Part shown: one piece after another, positions 18,595-26,908 of the stretch
Position numbering within the stretch: the first letter of the stretch is position 1
How the letters are laid out: the number at the start of each line of letters is the position of its first letter
Assembly (NCBI GenBank): GCA_002410925.1
Contig: DHPR01000033.1
Span: 454,397-499,903 of the forward strand
DNA from: a bacterium UBP13_UBA5359
GTDB lineage: Bacteria; UBP13; UBA5359
Direction: 5' to 3'
Length of the DNA stretch: 45,507 nucleotides
Program-made: the position numbers and the translations under genes
Notes under the pieces: generated by a model
The model's database searches: none
What the model saw: only the letters and a program-made list of their open reading frames with translations
What the model was told of the DNA's origin: nothing

Positions 18595-19424
18595 ACGTAG
18601 CCTCGCCCGTGCTCCTGCAAGCTCCTCCTCATGCTCTCACCGGAGATCTGCAGCAGACGTCCGCCCTCTCTCCAGCGATCTATGATCCGGCCGATGGTAT
18701 TGTCCTCCATCTGCTCTACTGTCAGATTGGCGGTTATGATCATGGGCTGCATGTTGGCATACTTGGCCTCTACCAGCTCCTCGAACCGGCTGAAAAGCCA
18801 GTCTGCCCGGTATTCCCGTCCGAAGTCGTCCAGCAGCAGCATATCCGCTTTTTCGTATTCGCTGATATCGTCCTTGTCATGGATCTTCCGGAAGAGCGTC
18901 GGCGAAAAAACATACTTGGTCCGCAGCCGCTGCCTATGCCCCCACCAGAGCCGCTGGTAAAGATAACTGAGCGTGAAGGTCTTGCCGACGCCAGGAGGGC
19001 CAACTATCACCAGGCCGCTGCCCCTCTCGAGGTTTGCATCCAGATCATCCAGATAGGCGTCGATCGTCTCTTTAAGCTGGAGCCTTGAAGGATCCACCTG
19101 GTGATATCGCTTCCGTATGCCGGATGCCAACAGACTGCGTGTCAGCATATGCAGGTTATACGGGCACTCTCGGCTGTCGCTGAAGTGACAAGGGTACCGA
19201 AAGACGTGGCCAGGCTCCTCATCCAGCGTCAGAAGTATCTCCGGATCCGTAAGGGCAGCTCCTCTACGTGCCGCTTTCAGGCACTGCCGGCACTGGATCT
19301 GAGCGTCCCCAATTTTTAACTTCTCCAGTAAACCCGAAAGCGTCCCGTGATGCCGGCGGTGAATACTTGCCCGAGCTGCCAAGTCCGCTTTTAACTGCTC
19401 CAGATCCCCGCTTATTCGTTCCAT
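18591..19424 (-). CDS. DnaC/IstB-like helicase loader ATPase
   Basis: GPPGVGKT, LLLDDFG, IITAN, RIIDR; N-terminal Cys pairs. Confidence 0.92.
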   Translation of the reverse strand: MERISGDLEQLKADLAARASIHRRHHGTLSGLLEKLKIGDAQIQCRQCLKAARRGAALTDPEILLTLDEEPGHVFRYPCHFSDSRECPYNLHMLTRSLLASGIRKRYHQVDPSRLQLKETIDAYLDDLDANLERGSGLVIVGPPGVGKTFTLSYLYQRLWWGHRQRLRTKYVFSPTLFRKIHDKDDISEYEKADMLLLDDFGREYRADWLFSRFEELVEAKYANMQPMIITANLTVEQMEDNTIGRIIDRWREGGRLLQISGESMRRSLQEHGRGYV

Positions 19425-20376
19425 TCTGCCCACCCCCGTTTACAATCGCCAGTAGCTTCGTTACCGTTGCCGATGAATAAAGCTTGTTCAGTGCATGACC
19501 TTCGTAAAATTTATCGTCATCGATGGCCAGGTAGGCATCCACCAATGCCTTGCACTTCTCCATCCCGTAGTTCTTGACCAGTCTGGCCAGGTGCACGAAA
19601 TCCTGCCCCCCTCCCGGAGGCCTGTCCTCGGTCTCGTAACGCCTCTGCCATCCAACGACAAAGTATTCGAACAGCTCTGCTTGTGGGGAAGACGGGACAG
19701 GCGTTAGCCTGGCCTTCTTGGGCGGCTTGCTGGGAAGAACTTCCGGTTCAAGAGATTCCGTTCCTGCTTCCCCTTCCCTTTCTTCTTCCCCTTCTACTTC
19801 TCTTTCTATTTGGTTCTCGTACGGTAACCCTACGGTATCAGTATCATCACCGTTCGATATTCGTACGGTAACCGTACGGTTGGCATACGGTTTTCCTTCG
19901 GTATCCGTAAGCTGTATATACGGTTCCAAATGCAGCAGAAACTCCTTGTATTCGTCGATGACAATAAGCTCATACCGTCCTGGACCAGGACGCTTACCCG
20001 GTTCACTCGGTGCAGGAGGAATCCATCTGATCCACGGCGGCAGCAAGGCGTCCTTAGGTGCAGACGGGCTTCGAAGCCGCTGATGCTTGAAGAAGTTCTT
20101 CAGGAAGAAAAACTTCTTGCCGCTTACCTCGTAGGGAATAATCTTGCCCAGGTTTATCAGCGCCTCGATATATCCTGATATGTCCGCCACGGCAATGTCA
20201 TTATCTGCCGGGAAAAGATGAATCTTGAACCCCATCGGATTATGCTCTACGCAGCCGGAATCCTCTGCCGCCTGAATCATCCCCAAATAGAACATCCTGC
20301 CAGGTAACGGTAGGGCGTCTATCAGATCAGTATCAGACCAAAATTCAGGAACTATCACCCGCTTATGAACGATCAT
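19264..20376 (-). CDS. Phage replication initiator / replisome organizer
   Basis: KR.I.PEFWSD, A.D.G, NFFKHQ N-terminus; upstream of DnaC-like gene; contains iterons. Confidence 0.85.
   Translation of the reverse strand: MIVHKRVIVPEFWSDTDLIDALPLPGRMFYLGMIQAAEDSGCVEHNPMGFKIHLFPADNDIAVADISGYIEALINLGKIIPYEVSGKKFFFLKNFFKHQRLRSPSAPKDALLPPWIRWIPPAPSEPGKRPGPGRYELIVIDEYKEFLLHLEPYIQLTDTEGKPYANRTVTVRISNGDDTDTVGLPYENQIEREVEGEEEREGEAGTESLEPEVLPSKPPKKARLTPVPSSPQAELFEYFVVGWQRRYETEDRPPGGGQDFVHLARLVKNYGMEKCKALVDAYLAIDDDKFYEGHALNKLYSSATVTKLLAIVNGGGQNGTNKRGSGAVKSGLGSSGKYSPPASRDAFGFTGEVKNWGRSDPVPAVPESGT
19817..19924. repeat. 11-bp-phased TACGGT iteron array (putative phage ori)
   Basis: TACGGT at 19820, 19831, 19864, 19875, 19886, 19919 and TTCGGT at 19897, all in 11-bp register. 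Confidence 0.75.
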
Positions 20377-20513
20377 CTATCAGCCTCACATACCGTCGTT
20401 ACCGTGTTACCTGCAGGCTTGATCCATGGAGGATCAGGAACAAATGTTCCAATCACGTAAAGGGCCACCATAACGCCGATAAAAAATAGAGTCCCCGCCA
20501 TTCGATCACTCAT
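20373..20513 (-). CDS. Small single-TM protein
   Basis: MSDRMAGTLFFIGVMVALYVIGTFV; overlaps initiator start. Confidence 0.5.
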   Translation of the reverse strand: MSDRMAGTLFFIGVMVALYVIGTFVPDPPWIKPAGNTVTTVCEADR

Positions 20514-20518
20514 TATAA

Positions 20519-20920
20519 TCACCGTCCCCCTCGCTTGAGTTGCTTCTCGACCGTCTCCTTGGCCGATGTCATGAACTTTGCGGCTGTGCAGATAGTGCAA
20601 TCATCTCGATACTTACGGCACATCCTCTCATAGCACCGACGTCTGTTTTTATCAAACTCATCTGCCATCTCATAGAGTGCTGCCTTGTATACCCTGATCC
20701 ATACCTTCAGGCGCTTGATCACCACGTCGCTCTCACAGCTTCGACACTTACCATCTGCCGGCATCGGCCGGTGACACTCAGGGCATTCCAGAAAGCGGAG
20801 TTCATCCAGGTCCTTACCCTGCTCCTCCAACAGCCGCTTATACTCATCCCTCTCCCGCGCTGCAGCCAACAAGCGCTTGTGCTCCAGGGCGGAAAGATTA
20901 ATCCTCCTCAATCTCAACAC
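20519..20920 (-). CDS. Hypothetical protein with zinc-ribbon motif
   Basis: CPEC...CRSC flanked by coiled coil. Confidence 0.6.
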   Translation of the reverse strand: MLRLRRINLSALEHKRLLAAARERDEYKRLLEEQGKDLDELRFLECPECHRPMPADGKCRSCESDVVIKRLKVWIRVYKAALYEMADEFDKNRRRCYERMCRKYRDDCTICTAAKFMTSAKETVEKQLKRGGR

Positions 20921-21161
20921 CCTTCTCTCGTAAGCCCTGAATCCACAACGCCTTCATCTCATCGCTACAGTGAGCCATGGCATCTTTCCACGTAGGGCAG
21001 CGCCCATGCTCCATATGGAACTTCATCTGGTAATACAGGCTCTGCTGGTTGTGAGGCATCGATGGATGATGGTCTGTTGCACACTCTTGACATACATCAG
21101 GGTGTGGCGGCAGTAATGTCATTGACTTGCATTCTATGACTTGAACTTCTCTCTTCGGCAT
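20898..21161 (-). CDS. Small Cys/His hypothetical protein
   Basis: CQECATDH...PH...PTW.DAMAHC; RBS GAGAGGAG. Confidence 0.7.
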   Translation of the reverse strand: MPKREVQVIECKSMTLLPPHPDVCQECATDHHPSMPHNQQSLYYQMKFHMEHGRCPTWKDAMAHCSDEMKALWIQGLREKGVEIEED

Positions 21162-21186
21162 AATAATATCTCCTCTCGTTTTGTAG

Positions 21187-21331
21187 GGTAAGGGAGCGGA
21201 CCGGACGCTACCCCGGCTTGCAATTAACTGCCCTACTACCCCTAGTCAGGCTTTGCCTACAGCAGCACGGAGGGGTCTTTCGGCCGTGCCCGGTGTCTGC
21301 GACTTTCCACACCGCCGCTCCCACGTTGGCC
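21187..21331 (-). ncRNA. Candidate structured RNA element A (tRNA-like fold)
   Basis: Closing stem GGGAGCGG/CCGCTCCC; arms CGGTGT/ACACCG, GCACGG/CCGTGC, GCCGG/CCGGT. Confidence 0.55.
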
Positions 21332-21333
21332 TC

Positions 21334-21600
21334 TTACCACCTGTGTTCGAATTTATCGTTCCAGGTAGGATTACGGTCCTCCAATTGAGGCTTGAATACC
21401 AGGTGTTTACAGGAAACATAACCGCTGATCCCCTGCACAAAAACGACGGGGTCTCCACTGCTGGCCATAAATGCTTCCGATTTCAACAGCGTACGCTTCC
21501 CGTCCTCATGTATACCGAGTATCGGGAAATAGGCGCACTCCTCGCCTACAGGATGGTCGTTGTTCCATGCAGTAATATCAAAGGTAGACCCTCTTCTCAT
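21334..21600 (-). CDS. Hypothetical protein flanked by the two structured elements
   Basis: MRRGSTFDITAWN...; RBS GAGAGGAG. Confidence 0.7.
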   Translation of the reverse strand: MRRGSTFDITAWNNDHPVGEECAYFPILGIHEDGKRTLLKSEAFMASSGDPVVFVQGISGYVSCKHLVFKPQLEDRNPTWNDKFEHRW

Positions 21601-21627
21601 ATCTGTAACTCCTCTCAAACTTAGTTG

Positions 21628-21733
21628 TGGTAAGGGAGCAGGGCGGCGATCACCATACCCAAGACTGTTTCCACCGCCATTCAGCCGTCCTCTTTAAGGG
21701 TGTGCTGCAATTCGTTCTGCTCCCATGTTGGCC
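21628..21733 (-). ncRNA. Candidate structured RNA element B
   Basis: Same flanks as A with compensatory change (GGGAGCAG/CTGCTCCC); ends TTACCA. Confidence 0.5.
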
Positions 21734-21887
21734 GCCGCCAGTAGCAGGGTTTTACCATTGGGGATGGTAGAGTTACGCTACTATGGTAAAGCGGCAGCCG
21801 TGCTACTTCTCCGGTCTCCCGGGAAGACTGTTGTTCTCAAGCTCCTCGATGTGCTAAAATAAGACTGTTGAGTTTCTGAGCCCCTTG

Positions 21888-22328
21888 CTATGCCTGGCAG
21901 GGGCTCGTTTCTTTTCCCGGCCTATTCTCCAGTATCCGGTTTCTGGTCCGCAGCTCCTCCACTTCCTGCAGCCCTTGCCTATGTGCCCTCTCAATGGCCA
22001 TGACCGCATCATATTTGAGCTGGTCATCACGCAGATCTGCATCATAGGCTTTCTTTAAGTTAGCTATATGGATCTCCAGGTTACGCCTATTCTCCGGATC
22101 CGTAGTTGTCTCCAGGTAATCTTCCAGAGACTTAATTACCAGTCTCTGCGGCTCGTTATCAGCCAGATCCATCTCCAGGTTGTGCCTGGAATACTTTTTC
22201 AGGGCTCCCAGCCTCTCGATCTCCTCCAACAACGTAGACTGCACCTCCATGTTCTCCCGGATATCAGCCGATCGCTGGCTCTCAGGACGCCCTCTCATTG
22301 GCAATGTCATCGTGTCCATCCGTATCAC
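21888..22328 (-). CDS. Hypothetical coiled-coil protein
   Basis: 146-aa ORF coupled to the clamp gene, RBS GGAGG. Confidence 0.65.
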   Translation of the reverse strand: MIRMDTMTLPMRGRPESQRSADIRENMEVQSTLLEEIERLGALKKYSRHNLEMDLADNEPQRLVIKSLEDYLETTTDPENRRNLEIHIANLKKAYDADLRDDQLKYDAVMAIERAHRQGLQEVEELRTRNRILENRPGKETSPCQA

Positions 22329-23422
22329 CTCCCTTCCTGCTGTCTAATTGGCATTACGAAACAGTATCCATAATCTCCATCCCGGAGCATGGCAACCTTA
22401 TTAGGTTCGCATAGACGAAAAACCACTTCTTTGGATTTAACGTGGCTTATTATGTCTGTCAGGTAACTGACGTTGAAATAAAAGGCCTCTTGTAGATCAT
22501 TAACAGGAGTGACAAGCGGTATTGCCTCTACCATCCTGCCAAAATCAACATCCGTAGTGGAGATTACAACCTCATCGGAGAATGTCAGGCGGACTACACG
22601 CGTATCCTGGTCGCATATTGCAGCAGCGCCAAGGAGAGCACGTAACAAAGGCCACCGTTTGACTGTAATATGCTGTTTGAATCCTTCTGCCGGCGCGATC
22701 CTCTGATAATCTGGATACCCACGGTCTATAGGATTACAGGCTATGCCTATGTTACCGGAGGTAAAGGTAACCTCCTTCAATGGATCATCACCAACGATAG
22801 CCCGTATAGTTGCCTGGCCTAAACTCGACACCTCCGTCAGCACATTGCGATGAATGGTAAATGCAACAGGAACGGAAAGAGGAAAATCATAGCATGCCAA
22901 GCGCTGCCCGTTTGTGGCTACTATCGCCTCCCCTGAGAACCTTATTCCCTGCAAAGCGATATTCTTTACTTCATCAGAAGCAGCGGCATATATTACACGT
23001 GAAATAATATCGGCGTTGATCTCTCCAATGGCCGGAGTTGCAAACCCCGGCATGAAATCATGCTGCATCTCGATATCTACATGCGGAAGAGCATATTCGC
23101 ACCCGTCAGAGGATAGGATAATCTCCTTAGCGTTGCTGTCGGTATCACATGGTCCTGAGATAGAGACCGTCTTTTCAAACGCCTTCAGGACATTATCCAT
23201 CTTTTTACCTGTGACGGTTACGAAACCTTCTTCTTCGATCGCTGCATCAGGTATCCTTACAACAGTCCTAAAATGCTTTCCCTCGGCATATACGGACACG
23301 CTGCCATAGCCGGCATGTATCACTATGCATTCATCGGCTGGTTTATCAGGATACACGGGCAAAGCTCTCCTTGCCTGTGATACTGCAGCACGTAACTTCC
23401 GTGGATTAACAGTGATCTTCAT
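22325..23422 (-). CDS. dnaN: Phage-encoded DNA polymerase III beta sliding clamp homologue
   Basis: 365 aa; L.GI, ATNGQRLA, YPDY.RI.P, FN..YL.D, VMPIR C-terminus. Confidence 0.9.
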   Translation of the reverse strand: MKITVNPRKLRAAVSQARRALPVYPDKPADECIVIHAGYGSVSVYAEGKHFRTVVRIPDAAIEEEGFVTVTGKKMDNVLKAFEKTVSISGPCDTDSNAKEIILSSDGCEYALPHVDIEMQHDFMPGFATPAIGEINADIISRVIYAAASDEVKNIALQGIRFSGEAIVATNGQRLACYDFPLSVPVAFTIHRNVLTEVSSLGQATIRAIVGDDPLKEVTFTSGNIGIACNPIDRGYPDYQRIAPAEGFKQHITVKRWPLLRALLGAAAICDQDTRVVRLTFSDEVVISTTDVDFGRMVEAIPLVTPVNDLQEAFYFNVSYLTDIISHVKSKEVVFRLCEPNKVAMLRDGDYGYCFVMPIRQQEGR

Positions 23423-23444
23423 ACGTTAACTTCCCCCCCTGGAT

Positions 23445-24071
23445 TTATATACTGGCCTGCCGGATCTGGCGGTTGATCTTTGAGATAGCCATATCTATAA
23501 CCCGTTGATCTTCCGGAAGATCGGCTGAATTCAGAACATTACGCTCGAACTTCTCCAACTCTCTCAACGTCACCCGGCCCGTACCGGCAGGATGCACATC
23601 CGGCGAAGGCATAGTCTCAGAGCGAATAAATGACACCACCAGGTTACCGCTCCGGACCGTATGCATCTCCAGACTATTCCTCTGCCGCAGAGCATCTCCA
23701 AGCTGCCGTCCGATACAAGCGTGAATGCACTCCTCGCAATGTGCTGCAAATGCCTGTGCTGCATGGGTAACTGCTGCCAAGGATCTCTCCCAACCGGCAT
23801 CCGTTTCCTGCTGCGTCAAAGACGTCGCCACCATCAGGGCTTCGTGAAGTGAGAACCCATCGATGCCATCTCCGGATGATAGGATCACCTCCATCCGCTG
23901 CCTCACATGATAGGCGGCAATCGTTTTCAGCTCCCTCTCGGTCCGGCATCGATTGTTAAAGGGGCATACCCCCTCCGTGTCACAATACCTGCTCCCGATG
24001 TTGGTATCCGTTCCCGGGCAATGCTGTGACTCTCTCTCCACCGCTGTTACCTGACAAGACATAATGATCAC
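23445..24071 (-). CDS. Hypothetical protein (Cys-rich N-terminus)
   Basis: 208-aa ORF in early operon with RBS GAGAGG. Confidence 0.6.
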   Translation of the reverse strand: MIIMSCQVTAVERESQHCPGTDTNIGSRYCDTEGVCPFNNRCRTERELKTIAAYHVRQRMEVILSSGDGIDGFSLHEALMVATSLTQQETDAGWERSLAAVTHAAQAFAAHCEECIHACIGRQLGDALRQRNSLEMHTVRSGNLVVSFIRSETMPSPDVHPAGTGRVTLRELEKFERNVLNSADLPEDQRVIDMAISKINRQIRQASI

Positions 24072-24084
24072 CTCTCTCAGTAAT

Positions 24085-24375
24085 CTATCTACGAGCCGCT
24101 GTCCTGGGTGCCCGCGGCCGAAGCATCGTAGTGCTATCAGTCATATATGCGCTGGGAACTTTGGTCTTATCGATGATGGATAGATTTATGCTCTGAGCGG
24201 TGCCTCTCCGGACGTTTGCTGCTACCCATTGCTCCAGATCGTATTGCCGGAAACGTAGCTGCTTTATCAGCCGGACAAACGGAAGGCCATGCTTTACCAG
24301 GCGACGCACAGTGCTGGGACTGGTCTGGAAGAATTCTGCAGCTTCTTCGATGGTGAGCAATCTCTCCTTAGGCAT
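24085..24375 (-). CDS. Excisionase-like HTH DNA-binding protein
   Basis: LLTIEEAAEFF..S.STVRRL...GLP..R....RF...DL..W; start after AGGAGG. Confidence 0.85.
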   Translation of the reverse strand: MPKERLLTIEEAAEFFQTSPSTVRRLVKHGLPFVRLIKQLRFRQYDLEQWVAANVRRGTAQSINLSIIDKTKVPSAYMTDSTTMLRPRAPRTAARR

Positions 24376-24598
24376 TGGATGCCTCCTTATCCTGTGCCGG
24401 TAGCGTCCAGCGTCGTGCCTCCAGTCCGAAGCGCATAAACCAGAGACACAGCGTTCCAACGTTCACTTCAAAGAGGTCTGCCAGTTGTTGCATGGTCATA
24501 CCGTCTTCGTAGTAGTAGCGCCGGATAAGCTCCTCAATCGGCTTACCGCCATACCGAGCTTCTATTGCTTTCATGGTCTTGGTCTTTTTCTTAATCAT
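24368..24598 (-). CDS. Cro-like HTH regulator
   Basis: GMTMQQLADLFEVNVGTL..W; divergent from cI. Confidence 0.75.
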   Translation of the reverse strand: MIKKKTKTMKAIEARYGGKPIEELIRRYYYEDGMTMQQLADLFEVNVGTLCLWFMRFGLEARRWTLPAQDKEASNA

Positions 24599-24616
24599 TA
24601 CTGTAAGACACCGCCC

Positions 24617-24752
24617 ACATTTCAATTTGGCACTATATAGATAAAAAAATAAGCGATTGCTTAATCGACACTTAGACAATAACAAATTGAAATGTAAAAG
24701 TCAAATGATTTTTAAAACATCTTTTCAAAATGTGTTAATATTTTAGTATAGT
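24617..24752. promoter_or_regulatory. Lysis/lysogeny switch: divergent promoters and operator-like repeats
   Basis: Leftward TTGACT-17-TATTGT (24704-24676); rightward TTCAAA-17-TATAGT (24724-24752); 13-bp inverted repeat at 24617-24629/24683-24695. Confidence 0.65.
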
Positions 24753-24781
24753 TAGTTACTTAGCGTAAGGTAGGGTTTGCG

Positions 24782-25573
24782 ATGACCGATAGTATGTATA
24801 AATTAATAGGCAGTAGAATCAGACAAGCTCGTGAAGAACGTGGACTGAGCCAGGCTGATCTCGCCGAAGCTATCGGTTTTTCTGCACCGTCTGTAACAAA
24901 CTTCGAAAATGCAAAACGGAGAATATCCATAGAAGACCTCCATAAAGTAGCAGAAGTACTTCGTAAACCTATAACCTATTTTCTATCCGAGAAACCTTTC
25001 GATGAAAAAGCACAAGCTGAACTTGAAAAGAAGGCCACCCTCGAAGAGATCAAGGATATGCTTAAAAAGATTGAGGTGGAAGAAGATCAGATCGAGGAAA
25101 AGGTCGAAGAGTGTGCCGAGAAAGAGTTTGACATCACCAAACACCCCGGCTATATCCCTCTCGATAAGTTCAAGCTCATACCAATCCTCGGCCGGATCCA
25201 TGCCGGCGAACTGCACGAAGCTATCCAGCACGCCGAAGAGATGTTGCCTATACCTGCTAGCGCTGATGCTGATTACGCATTAACGGTCCATGGTGACTCC
25301 ATGGAACCATATTACAACGATGGCGATGTCGTAGTTGTTAAAGAGACCCCAGAAGCCTACAACGGCGCTCACGTCGTTGCTAGTGTGGATGATGAAGTAA
25401 CCCTTAAAACCTATTACAAATATGACGGCGTCACCGTTCTGCGAGCCGCCAACCCTAAATACCAGGACATCTCCGGCAAGGAGATCGGCGTCATGGGCGT
25501 TATTAAAGGCGTTATGTATAGGGCGTTGATGCGGCCCTCTTCTGAGATAAACGGGAAACCCAAGAAGCATTAG
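24782..25573 (+). CDS. CI-like repressor (HTH plus S24 autopeptidase)
   Basis: HTH_3 N-terminus; Ala-Gly site (RIHAG), GDSM Ser, TLK Lys. Confidence 0.95.
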   Translation: MTDSMYKLIGSRIRQAREERGLSQADLAEAIGFSAPSVTNFENAKRRISIEDLHKVAEVLRKPITYFLSEKPFDEKAQAELEKKATLEEIKDMLKKIEVEEDQIEEKVEECAEKEFDITKHPGYIPLDKFKLIPILGRIHAGELHEAIQHAEEMLPIPASADADYALTVHGDSMEPYYNDGDVVVVKETPEAYNGAHVVASVDDEVTLKTYYKYDGVTVLRAANPKYQDISGKEIGVMGVIKGVMYRALMRPSSEINGKPKKH

Positions 25574-25582
25574 GAGAGTGAT

Positions 25583-26869
25583 ATGTTTGAATTCCTTATA
25601 GTAGATTGCCTTGGTATCATGTTCGGCCTTTCTCTTATCTGCATCATAATTGGAAATAAAAACCCAGATGTCATTAGCACATGGTTTGAAAAAGGATTCC
25701 AACAAACACTTACTAGAGGCGAGATCCTTTTTATACACATTTGCTTAGGCTCCATCTCCTTCTTTATCCTCTTTTTTAAGCTCGGGAACATCGGTAAGGT
25801 AATAGCTATAGTGATTTCAGCCGTAGTTATACCGCTATCATTAGCATTCAATAACAAAAAGAGAGCAAGAGTAGAACAAGAGCCATGCATCCCCCGTATC
25901 ACTGGTGACAATGTAATCGCCACCGATAAAGAAGCCATTGAGGCATACCTGCAGACTGCTGCCGAAAAGGGTAAAGCAGTCACGGTTCTATATTACGGAG
26001 GCAGCCAGCCCGGAACAAAACGACAACTAATTCCTACAACAGTAGTTAACCACTGGAGAATCCATGCCCGGGATTTAGCATCTGATATGGAGAAAACTTT
26101 CTTGATCGAGAGAATGCAAATTGTAACCGAAGATTACCCAGCGCCCGAGTATATTGCAGAGCCTGAGAACACAGGCAAAGCTGAAAATAATCTGAGATCA
26201 TATTTTAAAATTCAAGGTACCGGCCGGGACACCGGGCGAAAGCGTAAACATGTTTACACTGCATGGAACGAAGAACATGCTAGAGCTCTGGCTGATGCTG
26301 ACGGCACAATAGTTGATAGCATTACTCAAATACCTCATGATCCGCCTACAGAACGTCAACTTGCCTACGCCAGGCATCTCCGCATTAAAATACCGGAAGA
26401 CGCCATAAAGGAAGAAGTAACGGATCTGATATCTGTCCATGAGGATAAAGACGAACCTTCATCGGAGATAGAAAGGTCTTACGCGAAAAAACATGAAGCA
26501 AGATTTACCAGATTCACCGGTAAAAAATGGATTTATAATAATATTTTTTATGCTCTCTGCAGAGAAGGAAAAGAGCAGGATCTCGTTTCCTGGTTTGCAT
26601 ATCATGTGTGTATAGATATCGTGGGCCGCAAGAAAGAGAATCCCATTGATAACCCGGACCACCCCACAATCAGAGAGATTGCATCAGTGTTATCAGCAGA
26701 TCCTTCCGTTATAAAATCGATTTGCCGGTATTCCGGGGAAGATATTATTCGGTTTGGAGAATGGACTGATCGCGAAGGACGGACTCATACTGGAGGCAGC
26801 AGGAAGACTATTGCATATAAAACGATAGCCGAAGCACTTAAGGAAAGACTAAACAAAGTATACGCCTGA
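25583..26869 (+). CDS. Membrane protein with WYL-like domain (lysogeny-module accessory gene)
   Basis: Three N-terminal hydrophobic helices; V.V.YYGGSQPG.KR...P......A.D.....KTF..ERM; PTERQLAYA domain. Confidence 0.7.
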   Translation: MFEFLIVDCLGIMFGLSLICIIIGNKNPDVISTWFEKGFQQTLTRGEILFIHICLGSISFFILFFKLGNIGKVIAIVISAVVIPLSLAFNNKKRARVEQEPCIPRITGDNVIATDKEAIEAYLQTAAEKGKAVTVLYYGGSQPGTKRQLIPTTVVNHWRIHARDLASDMEKTFLIERMQIVTEDYPAPEYIAEPENTGKAENNLRSYFKIQGTGRDTGRKRKHVYTAWNEEHARALADADGTIVDSITQIPHDPPTERQLAYARHLRIKIPEDAIKEEVTDLISVHEDKDEPSSEIERSYAKKHEARFTRFTGKKWIYNNIFYALCREGKEQDLVSWFAYHVCIDIVGRKKENPIDNPDHPTIREIASVLSADPSVIKSICRYSGEDIIRFGEWTDREGRTHTGGSRKTIAYKTIAEALKERLNKVYA

Positions 26870-26908
26870 AAATGATCGTCTACGTATACCGAAGGACAGA
26901 AGATACCT

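Noticed and set aside
21187-21869. Possible CRISPR mini-array or true tRNA genes
   Set aside because: Repeats are short and irregularly spaced, no cas genes are present, and there is no canonical TTC T-loop or 7-nt anticodon arm. Kept only as candidate structured elements.
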